A stretch of 64,000 nucleotides of DNA, from NCBI GenBank assembly GCA_013152275.1, contig JAADGS010000026.1:62001-126000 (forward strand), written 5' to 3'. Below are positions 48,668-57,001 of this stretch, piece after piece; position 1 is the first letter of the stretch, and each line of letters opens with the position of its first letter. The notes beneath the pieces were generated by a model. That model saw only the letters and a list, made by a program, of their open reading frames with translations, was not told the origin of the DNA and ran no database searches. Both the position numbers and the translations under genes were made by a program. The DNA is from Actinomycetota bacterium (GTDB lineage: Bacteria; Actinomycetota; Acidimicrobiia; Spongiisociales; UBA4744).

Positions 48668-49165
48668 CTATGCGCTCTGTGCCGGGATGAGCTCGATCAC
48701 GACGTCCCCTTCGGAGCCGGCAACGATCTGGTCGTCCGGAGAAGCCGGAGTACCCATGGCCCGTTCGTACTCGGCTCGGCGGGCGAGGACGTCACGTATG
48801 AGCAGTCTGGCGGCATCCACCCGAGCGTCGGCAAGTACTTCGACGTCGGCTTCGGCGGTGCTGATCACCCTGACGCCGCGATCGCGCAGATCCTGAAGGA
48901 TGACTTCCTGTATGAGCAAGTCTGAAGAGAATGCTTCGAGTGAGGGAACCACGATCGCATCGGCATGCCCTGCACCGACGATCTCGAGCAAAGCTCGAAA
49001 CCCCTCGTCGAGAGGCTCCCCGCTCGGGCTTCTCACATCCTGACACATTGCGAGGAGTTGGTAGCCCTGTTCGGAGCTCCAGCGTCGAATCCGTTCGGAT
49101 TGAGCGAAGATCGATCCGCCGTGCGAACGGTCGGAAAGCTCTCTCACATAGCCGACGACTCGCAT
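48668..49165 (-). CDS. Degenerate serine-recombinase (resolvase-like) catalytic domain protein
   Basis: MRVVGYVRE..., IVVPSLEAFSSDLLIQEVIL..L..RGVRVIS, LIRDVLARRAEYER; RVS and DRLxR motifs lost. Confidence 0.75.
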   Translation of the reverse strand: MRVVGYVRELSDRSHGGSIFAQSERIRRWSSEQGYQLLAMCQDVRSPSGEPLDEGFRALLEIVGAGHADAIVVPSLEAFSSDLLIQEVILQDLRDRGVRVISTAEADVEVLADARVDAARLLIRDVLARRAEYERAMGTPASPDDQIVAGSEGDVVIELIPAQSA

Positions 49166-49223
49166 ACGCTGAGTCTTGCCCCGGTCACGCTCCGTGTCAA
49201 GGACTTGTCGCTTCGGTGCCCAC

Positions 49224-49251
49224 CAGTCATCAGCCATCAGTCGTCGGTAGT
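49224..49251 (+). repeat. Second heptamer family
   Basis: CAGTCAT CAGCCAT CAGTCGT CGGTAGT. Confidence 0.5.
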
Positions 49252-49294
49252 TCAGACGGTGCCCTCTTGCAGGGAACGCTCTGCTGTCTGATGT

Positions 49295-49810
49295 CTAGAT
49301 GCGAATCAGGAGCACTGGGCATGGGGCACGTCTCGCCAGCCGAGTACTCGTGGAGCCGAGGAGCCCTTCGAACATTCCGCGGCCATGCGCTCCGGCACAG
49401 AGCAGGTCTACGTGCTCACGTTCAACCGCCTCGAGGATCGGGCGTGTGGGATCCGCGCCCTCTACGGCGACGGCCTCGGCGTTGAGTCCGGCCTCGGTGA
49501 GTGCTTGAACGAGCGGTTCGGCTCTCCGCTCCCGCTGGTCGTCGACGTAGCGGGCGAGGATCGTGTCGTCTCCCGGCCAGTTGGGAGAGAGTGTGGTGAT
49601 CGGTGTCGGAGATACGTATTCGTCGTCCGTGTCGGCTCCCTGAAGGACGTCCCGCTGTTCGAACAGTGCTCGCAGATCTGAGAGGAGAGAGCGTGGAATC
49701 TCTACGACCGTGAGCACCGTCACGCGATCGTCGGGTCTGATGAGATGTTTGAGGAAGTCGGCCGTCTTGCCGGGATCGAGACTGCCGTCGGTGGCGACCA
49801 TGATGTGCAT
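49295..49810 (-). CDS. Universal stress protein
   Basis: IMVATDGS, GAHGRG...LLGSTS..LARRAPCPVLL. Confidence 0.92.
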   Translation of the reverse strand: MHIMVATDGSLDPGKTADFLKHLIRPDDRVTVLTVVEIPRSLLSDLRALFEQRDVLQGADTDDEYVSPTPITTLSPNWPGDDTILARYVDDQRERRAEPLVQALTEAGLNAEAVAVEGADPTRPILEAVEREHVDLLCAGAHGRGMFEGLLGSTSTRLARRAPCPVLLIRI

Positions 49811-49896
49811 GAGGTACTCCCGCGGAATGGGCTGGCTCTCAGCCTAGTGTGCAAGGGCCGGTCGGCATGCACAGAATGTCCGTGAGGTCCTCGTTT

Positions 49897-49924
49897 CGGT
49901 TACCGGTCGGCAGCCATCGGCCGC
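49897..49924 (+). repeat. Second heptamer family
   Basis: CGGTTAC CGGTCGG CAGCCAT CGGCCGC. Confidence 0.4.
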
Positions 49925-49992
49925 GGACCGAGGCCTCCTCGTTCGGCAAGCCGAGGCATGCAGCACAGGGCACAAGGCGCGGAGCAGTGCTG

Positions 49993-50691
49993 TCAGCTCG
50001 CGTCGATGCCCGTCCACGGGTCGCTTCCGATCCAGTCGCGCGCATCGAAGCGGGATCCGGTTGGTTCGTCGACCTGAGCATGCGCAAGCCGGAGGAAGAT
50101 CGGAGTGATCTCCATGGGTGTCGGAAGTCGGGTCGGATCCTCGTGCGGAAACGCCGCTGCACGCATCCGGGTCGCAGTCCCTCCGGGGTTGACCGAGTAG
50201 ACCTTTCCGTTGAGGGTCCACTCGTCTGCAAGAACCTCCAGCCATCCCTCCAGAGCAAACTTGGAAACGGCGTAGGCTCCCCAACCTTTCCTGCCGACTC
50301 TTCCCACGGAACTGGAGACACCGATGACGGTCGGGAAGGGGCCGTAGTGAGCGGCCAGGGTTCGATGCAGAAGCTGAACGGCCACGATGTTCACTTCGAG
50401 GACTCGCCGGAAGGCCTGCTCCGGATAGTGTGCGAGTTCGGTTCGAGGGGGACCGAGAACACCTGCAGCGTGGACGACGACATCGATACTCTCGCCTTGG
50501 AGCGCTTCCACGATCTTTGCCCGAGTCTCCGCGATCGTGATGTCCCCGGAGATCGATCGCGCATCTTCTGTCTGTTCGGTGCGCGCCACCGACCACACAT
50601 CGGCCCCTTCGTCGCGATACGCGTCAACGAGGGCCCTCCCGATGCCGGAAGAGCTGCCGGTCACGAGGATTCGACGTCCGACGAGATGCAT
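49993..50691 (-). CDS. SDR oxidoreductase (YciK-like)
   Basis: TGSSSGIG, SSSVGRVGRKGWGAYAVSKFA, NPGGTATRMRAAAFPHEDP. Confidence 0.9.
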   Translation of the reverse strand: MHLVGRRILVTGSSSGIGRALVDAYRDEGADVWSVARTEQTEDARSISGDITIAETRAKIVEALQGESIDVVVHAAGVLGPPRTELAHYPEQAFRRVLEVNIVAVQLLHRTLAAHYGPFPTVIGVSSSVGRVGRKGWGAYAVSKFALEGWLEVLADEWTLNGKVYSVNPGGTATRMRAAAFPHEDPTRLPTPMEITPIFLRLAHAQVDEPTGSRFDARDWIGSDPWTGIDAS

Positions 50692-50743
50692 CGTGCTCAG
50701 CTTACGGTACGTCCGGCCACACGATGGGGCATGGGGGAGCGAG

Positions 50744-50798
50744 GTGGTTGACATGTGGCGCGAAATGGGCCATAGTGGGGCACAGTGGAGGACCGTAG
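50744..50798 (+). promoter_or_regulatory. dcw promoter with MraZ boxes
   Basis: TTGACA (50748)-N17-CATAGT; GTGG-like boxes at 50744, 50755, 50765, 50775, 50785, 50795 (10-nt period). Confidence 0.85.
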
Positions 50799-50821
50799 AT
50801 GCAATTATCGGAGACTGAGCC

Positions 50822-51253
50822 GTGTTCCTCGGTGAGCATCGGCACACGCTCGACCCGAAGGGGCGCGTCGTGCTGCCCGCCGAGTTTCGTGCTGAGCTCG
50901 CCGACGGTTGCGTCGTCACCAAGGGGCAGGAGCGATGCCTCTACATCTTTCCTCTCGACCGATGGGCCGAAGAGGTGGAGAGATTGAATCGCCTGCCCCG
51001 CACGAACAGAAAGGTCCGCGCCTATACACGTTCGGTGTTTGCCGGTGCCAAGAAGGACACCCCTGATCGGCAAGGGCGGATCATGCTTCCCGAACGTCTT
51101 CGCGAATACGCCGCTCTCAACCGAGAGGCTGTCGTGGTGGGTGTTGCGGACCGCATTGAAATCTGGAACCAGGAGAGCTGGGAGCAGCTCTCGTCCGAAG
51201 CCGACAATTACTACGCAGACATCGAGGAGGAGTTCGGCATCGAAGGAATCTAG
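50822..51253 (+). CDS. mraZ: Transcriptional regulator MraZ
   Basis: MFLGEHRHTLDPKGRV, DRQGRI, RIEIW. Confidence 0.97.
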   Translation: MFLGEHRHTLDPKGRVVLPAEFRAELADGCVVTKGQERCLYIFPLDRWAEEVERLNRLPRTNRKVRAYTRSVFAGAKKDTPDRQGRIMLPERLREYAALNREAVVVGVADRIEIWNQESWEQLSSEADNYYADIEEEFGIEGI

Positions 51254-51275
51254 GCGCACCCAGGACTGGTGCATC

Positions 51276-51351
51276 GCCAGCCCCCCGGAACCATGAGGAA
51301 AGCCCCTTACTCCGCCCGCTTCCCAATGGTGCCAGCGCCCGGGGGGCTGGC
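51276..51351 (+). ncRNA. Structured leader between mraZ and rsmH (mraW RNA motif-like position)
   Basis: Perfect 13-bp stem GCCAGCCCCCCGG/CCGGGGGGCTGGC, inner ACCAT/ATGGT stem, CTTCCC. Confidence 0.5.
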
Positions 51352-51352
51352 A

Positions 51353-52267
51353 ATGAATCAGACACCGGACAAGAATCGATATCACAGGCCCGTCATGGTC
51401 GACGAGGTCGTTGAAATGTTGCGTCCCATTCCGGATGGCATCATCGTGGATGCCACCTACGGCGGCGGCGGCCACAGTCGAGCCCTGACCAGGCAACTGG
51501 GCCATCCGATCCTCGCGATCGACAGGGATCCGGATGCCGTTGCTCTCTCCGCCGGGGTCCGCGCACGAAACTTCCGAGATCTCGCGACCTTGCTCGAGGA
51601 GGAAGGTGTCGAGGAGATCTCTGGTGCCTTGTTCGATCTGGGCGTTTCTTCACATCAACTCGACGAACCGACTCGCGGCTTCTCGTATCGAACCCACGGA
51701 CCCCTGGACATGCGTATGGGGCCGGACGCGACGACGGCTGCGGCCGAGATGGTCAACGAGTGGGACGAGAACGACCTCGCGCGCATCTTGCGGACATTGG
51801 GTGAGGAACGATTCGCCGGCCGTATCGCAAGGGCCATCGTCCGGGCGCGCCCGATCCGAGACACCGTGCAACTCGCGGACGTTGTACGCGATGCCATCCC
51901 TGCAGCGACCCGCCGAACCGGTGGACATCCGGCCCGTCGCACGTTTCAGGCCCTCAGGATCGCCGTCAACGACGAGCTCGAAGCGCTCGAGGCGGGGCTC
52001 GACACTGCAATCGACTCGCTGACCCCCGGAGGCCGGTGCGTGGTGATCTCCTACCACTCTCTCGAAGATCGCATCGTCAAGCGCCGGTTCCTCAGTGGCG
52101 GCCAGGGATGTGTGTGTCCTCCCGATCTGCCGGTATGCGGATGTGGCCAGAGCGCGGAACTCCGCATTCTGACGCGGCGACCGGTGACACCTCGAGCAGA
52201 GGAAATCACCGATAACCCGAGAGCGCGCAGTGCGAAGCTTCGGGCTGTCGAGAAGGCCGCGGCATGA
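51353..52267 (+). CDS. rsmH: 16S rRNA m4C1402 methyltransferase
   Basis: HRPVM, DATYGGGGHS, DLGVSSHQLD, PLDMRM, ISYHSLEDR, NPRARSAKLR. Confidence 0.97.
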   Translation: MNQTPDKNRYHRPVMVDEVVEMLRPIPDGIIVDATYGGGGHSRALTRQLGHPILAIDRDPDAVALSAGVRARNFRDLATLLEEEGVEEISGALFDLGVSSHQLDEPTRGFSYRTHGPLDMRMGPDATTAAAEMVNEWDENDLARILRTLGEERFAGRIARAIVRARPIRDTVQLADVVRDAIPAATRRTGGHPARRTFQALRIAVNDELEALEAGLDTAIDSLTPGGRCVVISYHSLEDRIVKRRFLSGGQGCVCPPDLPVCGCGQSAELRILTRRPVTPRAEEITDNPRARSAKLRAVEKAAA

Positions 52268-52668
52268 CGGCTCGACCAGAGAGCGTTCCCCAGGCGGGAG
52301 GCCGACTGAAGGTTATTGTCGGCAGGCGATCGGTGCGGCCGAGAGTCGGCACGTGGGTGCTGTTCACGGTGCTTGCCATCGGACTCTTCTTCGCTCTCAT
52401 CCTTTCTCGTGTGGCGCTGGACAAGCCGGCACTCGAACTGAATGATCTCTCCAAACAGATCGAGGCCGAGCAGGTCCAGTACCAGCAGCTACGCCTCGAG
52501 GTCGCGCGCCTGCAGGCTCCGGAGCGCATCGTCCCACTCGCGGAGGAGTTGGGACTGACATACCCCGAGCAGGTCCGCGTTGTCATTGCCGACGGTGTGG
52601 GCGACCGCCGGCCTCCAACCGAGGACCGCTTCGCCGATGTGAAGTCGATTCTCACCGCATCGCCATGA
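52264..52668 (+). CDS. ftsL: Cell division protein FtsL-like
   Basis: One TM plus coiled coil, LQAPERI; position between rsmH and ftsI. Confidence 0.75.
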   Translation: MTARPESVPQAGGRLKVIVGRRSVRPRVGTWVLFTVLAIGLFFALILSRVALDKPALELNDLSKQIEAEQVQYQQLRLEVARLQAPERIVPLAEELGLTYPEQVRVVIADGVGDRRPPTEDRFADVKSILTASP

Positions 52669-52759
52669 GGATTACCGGAACCAGTGCTGGCGGCCGGAGC
52701 CTCGCGGAGAGAGTGTCCCCGGAGGCGCTCACCGCGATCTTTCGGCCGCGGAGCTAGTC

Positions 52760-54502
52760 ATGGGCGGTGGGCCGGGAGGCCGCCGCTCGGGCCGAGGACG
52801 TTTGCTCGTCGTGGCGGTGGTGATACTCCTTGCCTGGTTCGGCGTGGGCATGCGCCTGTTTCAGCTACAGATCGTCCAAGCGGCGGATCTCAAGGAGATG
52901 GGCCTCGAGCAGAGGGCGAAGGTCAAGGTGCTCGCTGCCGAGCGCGGCACGATCTATGACAGGGATGGGCGTGAGCTGGCCATCACCGTCCAGGGTAAGA
53001 CGATCGGTGCGGATACGAAACATCTCCAGCAGCCGACCCAGGTCGCCGAGCTTCTGGCCGTTACCCTGGGTCTCGATCAGGCGCAGGTGCTGGCGACCCT
53101 TCGGTCCGGTCGAAGATGGGTGACGGTCGCACGTCAGATCGATGCCGAGACCGCGGCGCAGGTGGAGAGACTCGAACTGCCCGGCATCTACTCGTATCCC
53201 GAAGCCATGCGTGTCTACCCCGAAGGGTCCCTGGCCGCGCAAGTCCTCGGCTTCGTCGACCCCGACGGCAACGGTCTCGAAGGTCTCGAGTACCGATACG
53301 ACAAGCAACTCAGCGGCACACCGGGAGAGGTCCGATTCGAGCAGGGCCTGGACGGGAATGTGATCCCCCAGGGCCAGTACGATGTTCGCCCTGCCATTCC
53401 TGGCAGCGATCTGGTGACAACGATCGACCGAGATATCGAGTTCATCGCCGAGCGCGAGTGCAAGGCGACACTCGAACGGACGGAAGCGGAACGCTGCACG
53501 GCCGTCGTGCTCGATCCCTCCACCGGAGAAGTACTGGCCATCGCGGTAGTACCGGGTTTCGACCCCAACGATCGCAGCGCATCCACTCCAGACAGGTGGG
53601 TGAACTGGGCGGTGCTCGGTACCTATGAGCCGGGAAGCACCGAGAAGCTCATCACGATCGCCGCGGCCCTCGAGGAGCGTGCGGTCAACGCCGCCACGAC
53701 GTTCGAGGTCCCAGATGTGATCGAGGTGGTGGATGGAGCCTGCGAAGGCCGTTTCAGCACCGCGGGTGACCAGATCAACGGTTGCTACCACGATGCGGAG
53801 CGACATCCGACCGAAATCCTCAGCGTGAAAGACATCGTGACCAGATCGTCGAACGTCGGGACGATTCTCATCGGTCAACGGCTCGGTGACTCGAATCTCG
53901 CACGCTACATCGATGCGTTCGGCCTCGGCAGGAAGACCGGAGCGGATGTTCCCGGAGAGTCCACAGGCAGACTGAACCTCGACCCGACCTGCCCTTCCTG
54001 CTTTGCCTCTGCAGCCATCGGCTACGCGGTCTCGGTGACTCCGCTTCAGATGGCAGCGGCCTATGGAGCGGTAGCCAACGACGGGATCTGGGTCCAACCG
54101 CATCTCGTCCGTGAACTCGTCGATGGGTCCGGAGTCCACCGTCCGATAGCGCCCGAGGAACGGCGAGTCGTCTCGGTCGACACGGCCCGCGTCATGAGAT
54201 CTCTCCTTCGCAATGTGGTGGAGAGCAGCGAAGGAACAGGCGGGAAGGCGCGAATCCCCGGCTACACGGCGGCAGGGAAGACCGGCACCGCCCGCAAGTT
54301 CGTGGAAGGAGAGGGCTATACGGACGACTACGTGGTGAGCTTCGTCGGGATGGCCCCGGCGAGCAATCCTCGGATCGTTGTCGCGGTTGTCGTCGACTCG
54401 CCCAAAGTGGGTTCGAGCGGCGGCAGGGTCGCTGCACCGGCATTCTCCAAGATTGCCGAAGACACGCTGCACCGACTTGGAGTGCCTCCCGATGCCTCCT
54501 GA
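52760..54502 (+). CDS. ftsI: Class B PBP (septal transpeptidase)
   Basis: AERGTIYDRDG, YEPGSTEK (SxxK), SSN, GKTGTA. Confidence 0.93.
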   Translation: MGGGPGGRRSGRGRLLVVAVVILLAWFGVGMRLFQLQIVQAADLKEMGLEQRAKVKVLAAERGTIYDRDGRELAITVQGKTIGADTKHLQQPTQVAELLAVTLGLDQAQVLATLRSGRRWVTVARQIDAETAAQVERLELPGIYSYPEAMRVYPEGSLAAQVLGFVDPDGNGLEGLEYRYDKQLSGTPGEVRFEQGLDGNVIPQGQYDVRPAIPGSDLVTTIDRDIEFIAERECKATLERTEAERCTAVVLDPSTGEVLAIAVVPGFDPNDRSASTPDRWVNWAVLGTYEPGSTEKLITIAAALEERAVNAATTFEVPDVIEVVDGACEGRFSTAGDQINGCYHDAERHPTEILSVKDIVTRSSNVGTILIGQRLGDSNLARYIDAFGLGRKTGADVPGESTGRLNLDPTCPSCFASAAIGYAVSVTPLQMAAAYGAVANDGIWVQPHLVRELVDGSGVHRPIAPEERRVVSVDTARVMRSLLRNVVESSEGTGGKARIPGYTAAGKTGTARKFVEGEGYTDDYVVSFVGMAPASNPRIVVAVVVDSPKVGSSGGRVAAPAFSKIAEDTLHRLGVPPDAS

Positions 54503-55940
54503 ATCGGCAACGCTCTACGCTCTGGCCGCACACGTCGGTGGGCGCGTGGTCGGATCGGACGCTCTGATCGAAGATGTCGAGCATGACAGCAGACATGTCC
54601 GGCCCGGAAGTCTGTTCGTTGCGATTCGTGGGTTCAGGACGGATGGCCACCAGTTCGTCGACGCGGCCGTTGCAGCCGGGGCGGAGGCGGTATGTGTCGA
54701 GCATCCGGTCCAGGTTCCGGTTCCGCAGCTGATCGTGGGCGAGACCCGTGCCGCTCTGGGTCCCCTCGCCGCGGCCGTTCATGGATACCCTGCGCGGGAA
54801 ATGGCCGTCGTCGGGGTCACGGGCACCAACGGCAAGACGACGGTCACCTATTTTCTCGACACGATCTTGCGCAGCGCGGGCGTGCGCTCGGCGTTGATCG
54901 GAACCATCGGAGCTCGCATCGGTACGGAAACCATTCCGCTGGAACGCACGACGCCCGAGGCATCAGAGCTGCAGCGTCTGCTGGCACGGATGCGCGATGA
55001 GCGCGTTCAAGCGGTCGCCATGGAGGTATCATCGCATTCGCTGGTCTTACATCGCGTCGACGGCACGGTGTTTCGGGTCGCAGCCTTCACGAATCTCACG
55101 CAGGACCATCTCGACTTTCACCAGGATATGGACACGTACTTCAACGCGAAAGCTCAACTCTTCTCACCGACGAAGGCGGAGGAGGCGGTCATCTTCATCG
55201 ACGATCCGTACGGTGCCAGGCTTGCCAGGTCTACCGAACTTCCGATCACCACTGTTGGATTTGGAATAGATGCAGACATCCGTGCCGTCTCCGTGCATTC
55301 CGATGCTGCTCTCAGCAGCTTCACTCTCGTCGGTGCCGAAGGACGATTCGCCGTGGACCTGCGGATCGGAGGGGTGTTCAACGTGGCGAATGCCTTGGTC
55401 GCCGCGGGGTGTGCTCGTAGCGTCGGGATCAGCATGGACGAGATCGCATCGGGCCTCAGAAACGTCGAGCCCGTGCACGGCCGTTTTGAAATCGTCAGCG
55501 GTGACCACCCGGTCGCCGTGATCGTCGACTATGCGCATACGCCCGACGGTATCGAAGCCGCCATCGATGCTGCCAGAGGAGCGGTTCCAGGGAGGGTGAT
55601 CGTCGTCTTCGGGGCGGGCGGCGATCGGGATCATGGCAAACGCCCGCTCATGGGTGCAGCCGCATCGTCCGCCGATATCGTGGTCATCACCAACGACAAC
55701 CCAAGGTCCGAAGATCCGGCGGCGATCGCAGACCAGGTCGCTTCGGGCATGAATGGATCGGAGGCGCTGATCAATCTGGACCGACGGAGTGCGATCTTCG
55801 AAGCCGTGCGAGTCGCGGAGCCGGGAGACATCGTCCTGATCCTTGGCAAGGGACATGAGCGTGTCCAGGAGTTCGCGGATCGAACGGTACCGTTCGACGA
55901 CCGGGAGGTGGCCCGCGAGGCGTTGGAGTCCCGCGCATGA
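54492..55940 (+). CDS. murE: UDP-MurNAc-dipeptide:meso-DAP ligase
   Basis: GVTGTNGKTT, MEVSSH, DYAHTPDG, DNPR, GKGHE. Confidence 0.96.
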   Translation: MPPESATLYALAAHVGGRVVGSDALIEDVEHDSRHVRPGSLFVAIRGFRTDGHQFVDAAVAAGAEAVCVEHPVQVPVPQLIVGETRAALGPLAAAVHGYPAREMAVVGVTGTNGKTTVTYFLDTILRSAGVRSALIGTIGARIGTETIPLERTTPEASELQRLLARMRDERVQAVAMEVSSHSLVLHRVDGTVFRVAAFTNLTQDHLDFHQDMDTYFNAKAQLFSPTKAEEAVIFIDDPYGARLARSTELPITTVGFGIDADIRAVSVHSDAALSSFTLVGAEGRFAVDLRIGGVFNVANALVAAGCARSVGISMDEIASGLRNVEPVHGRFEIVSGDHPVAVIVDYAHTPDGIEAAIDAARGAVPGRVIVVFGAGGDRDHGKRPLMGAAASSADIVVITNDNPRSEDPAAIADQVASGMNGSEALINLDRRSAIFEAVRVAEPGDIVLILGKGHERVQEFADRTVPFDDREVAREALESRA

Positions 55941-57001
55941 TCACCCTCTTGATCTCCGCAGGCGTTGCCTTTGTCGTTTCGATCCTGGTGACCCCGTGGG
56001 CGGTCCGCAAGCTCCGGCAGCACAACATCGGTCAGTTCATCCAAGAGGAGGTCTCCGGCCATCTCCACAAGCAGGGGACTCCGACGATGGGTGGTGTGGT
56101 GATGATCGGCGCCGTCCTCATCGGCTATTTCCTGTCGCACATCAGGCTCTGGGGGCTCGAGGGCTTCCACTTCTCCATCATCCCCTTTTCAAACGGCGGG
56201 CTGCTTGCGCTGTTCGCACTCACCGGCATGGGTGCGCTCGGTCTCGTCGACGACTACCTCAAGGTTTCCAAGAAGCGCAGCCTGGGACTCGGAAAAGCGG
56301 CGAAGTTCGGCGGTCAGCTCACCGTGGCTGCGTTGTTCGCCTGGGGAGCGACCAACGCGGGTATCTCGACGGAGTTGTCGTTCACCCGTCCCCTCGGTAT
56401 CGACCTGGGTGTGTTCTTCGTCATCCTCGTGCTGGTCCTGCTTGCAGGATTCGCCAATGCGGTGAATCTCACGGACGGCATGGACGGGCTAGCTGCAGGG
56501 TCCGCCGTCCTCGTCTTCGGAGCGTTTGTGATCATCGGGTACTGGAAGTTTCGGCATCCGGAGTTCTACAGCGGTCTGGACCCACTCGAGTTGGGGGTCG
56601 TTGCTGCGGGGATGGTCGGCGCCCTCCTGGGGTTCCTCTGGTGGAATGCCGCCCCGGCGCGGATCTTCATGGGTGATGTGGGATCTCAGGCGCTCGGCGG
56701 GCTGATGGCGGCCCTGGCCCTGCTCACCAACACGCAACTGTTGCTGATCCTGCTCGGAGGTCTGTACGTCGCCGAAACGACTTCGGTGATTCTGCAGGTT
56801 GCGAGTTTCAAGCTGACGGGTCGCCGTATCTTCCGTATGGCTCCGTTCCACTATCACTTCGATCTCGGCGGTTGGCCCGAGACCACGGTCGTTGTGCGTT
56901 TCTGGATCATCGCGGGGCTCTGTGTGGCGTTGGCCCTCGGTATCTTCTACGGCGACTTCGTCAACAGCGGGCTTCTCGACATCCCATTCAGGGCCAACTG
57001 A
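55937..57001 (+). CDS. mraY: Phospho-MurNAc-pentapeptide transferase
   Basis: KQGTPTMGG, NAVNLTDGMDGL, IFMGDVGS, MAPFHYHF. Confidence 0.97.
   Translation: MITLLISAGVAFVVSILVTPWAVRKLRQHNIGQFIQEEVSGHLHKQGTPTMGGVVMIGAVLIGYFLSHIRLWGLEGFHFSIIPFSNGGLLALFALTGMGALGLVDDYLKVSKKRSLGLGKAAKFGGQLTVAALFAWGATNAGISTELSFTRPLGIDLGVFFVILVLVLLAGFANAVNLTDGMDGLAAGSAVLVFGAFVIIGYWKFRHPEFYSGLDPLELGVVAAGMVGALLGFLWWNAAPARIFMGDVGSQALGGLMAALALLTNTQLLLILLGGLYVAETTSVILQVASFKLTGRRIFRMAPFHYHFDLGGWPETTVVVRFWIIAGLCVALALGIFYGDFVNSGLLDIPFRAN

Noticed and set aside
48668..49165. Active IS607-like or integrative element
   Set aside because: No catalytic motifs, DNA-binding domain, TnpB, terminal repeats or cargo boundary.
52665..52757. 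ATGA-coupled upstream start for ftsI
   Set aside because: Out of frame with ftsI and closed by TAG after 30 codons. A frameshift error cannot be excluded without reads.
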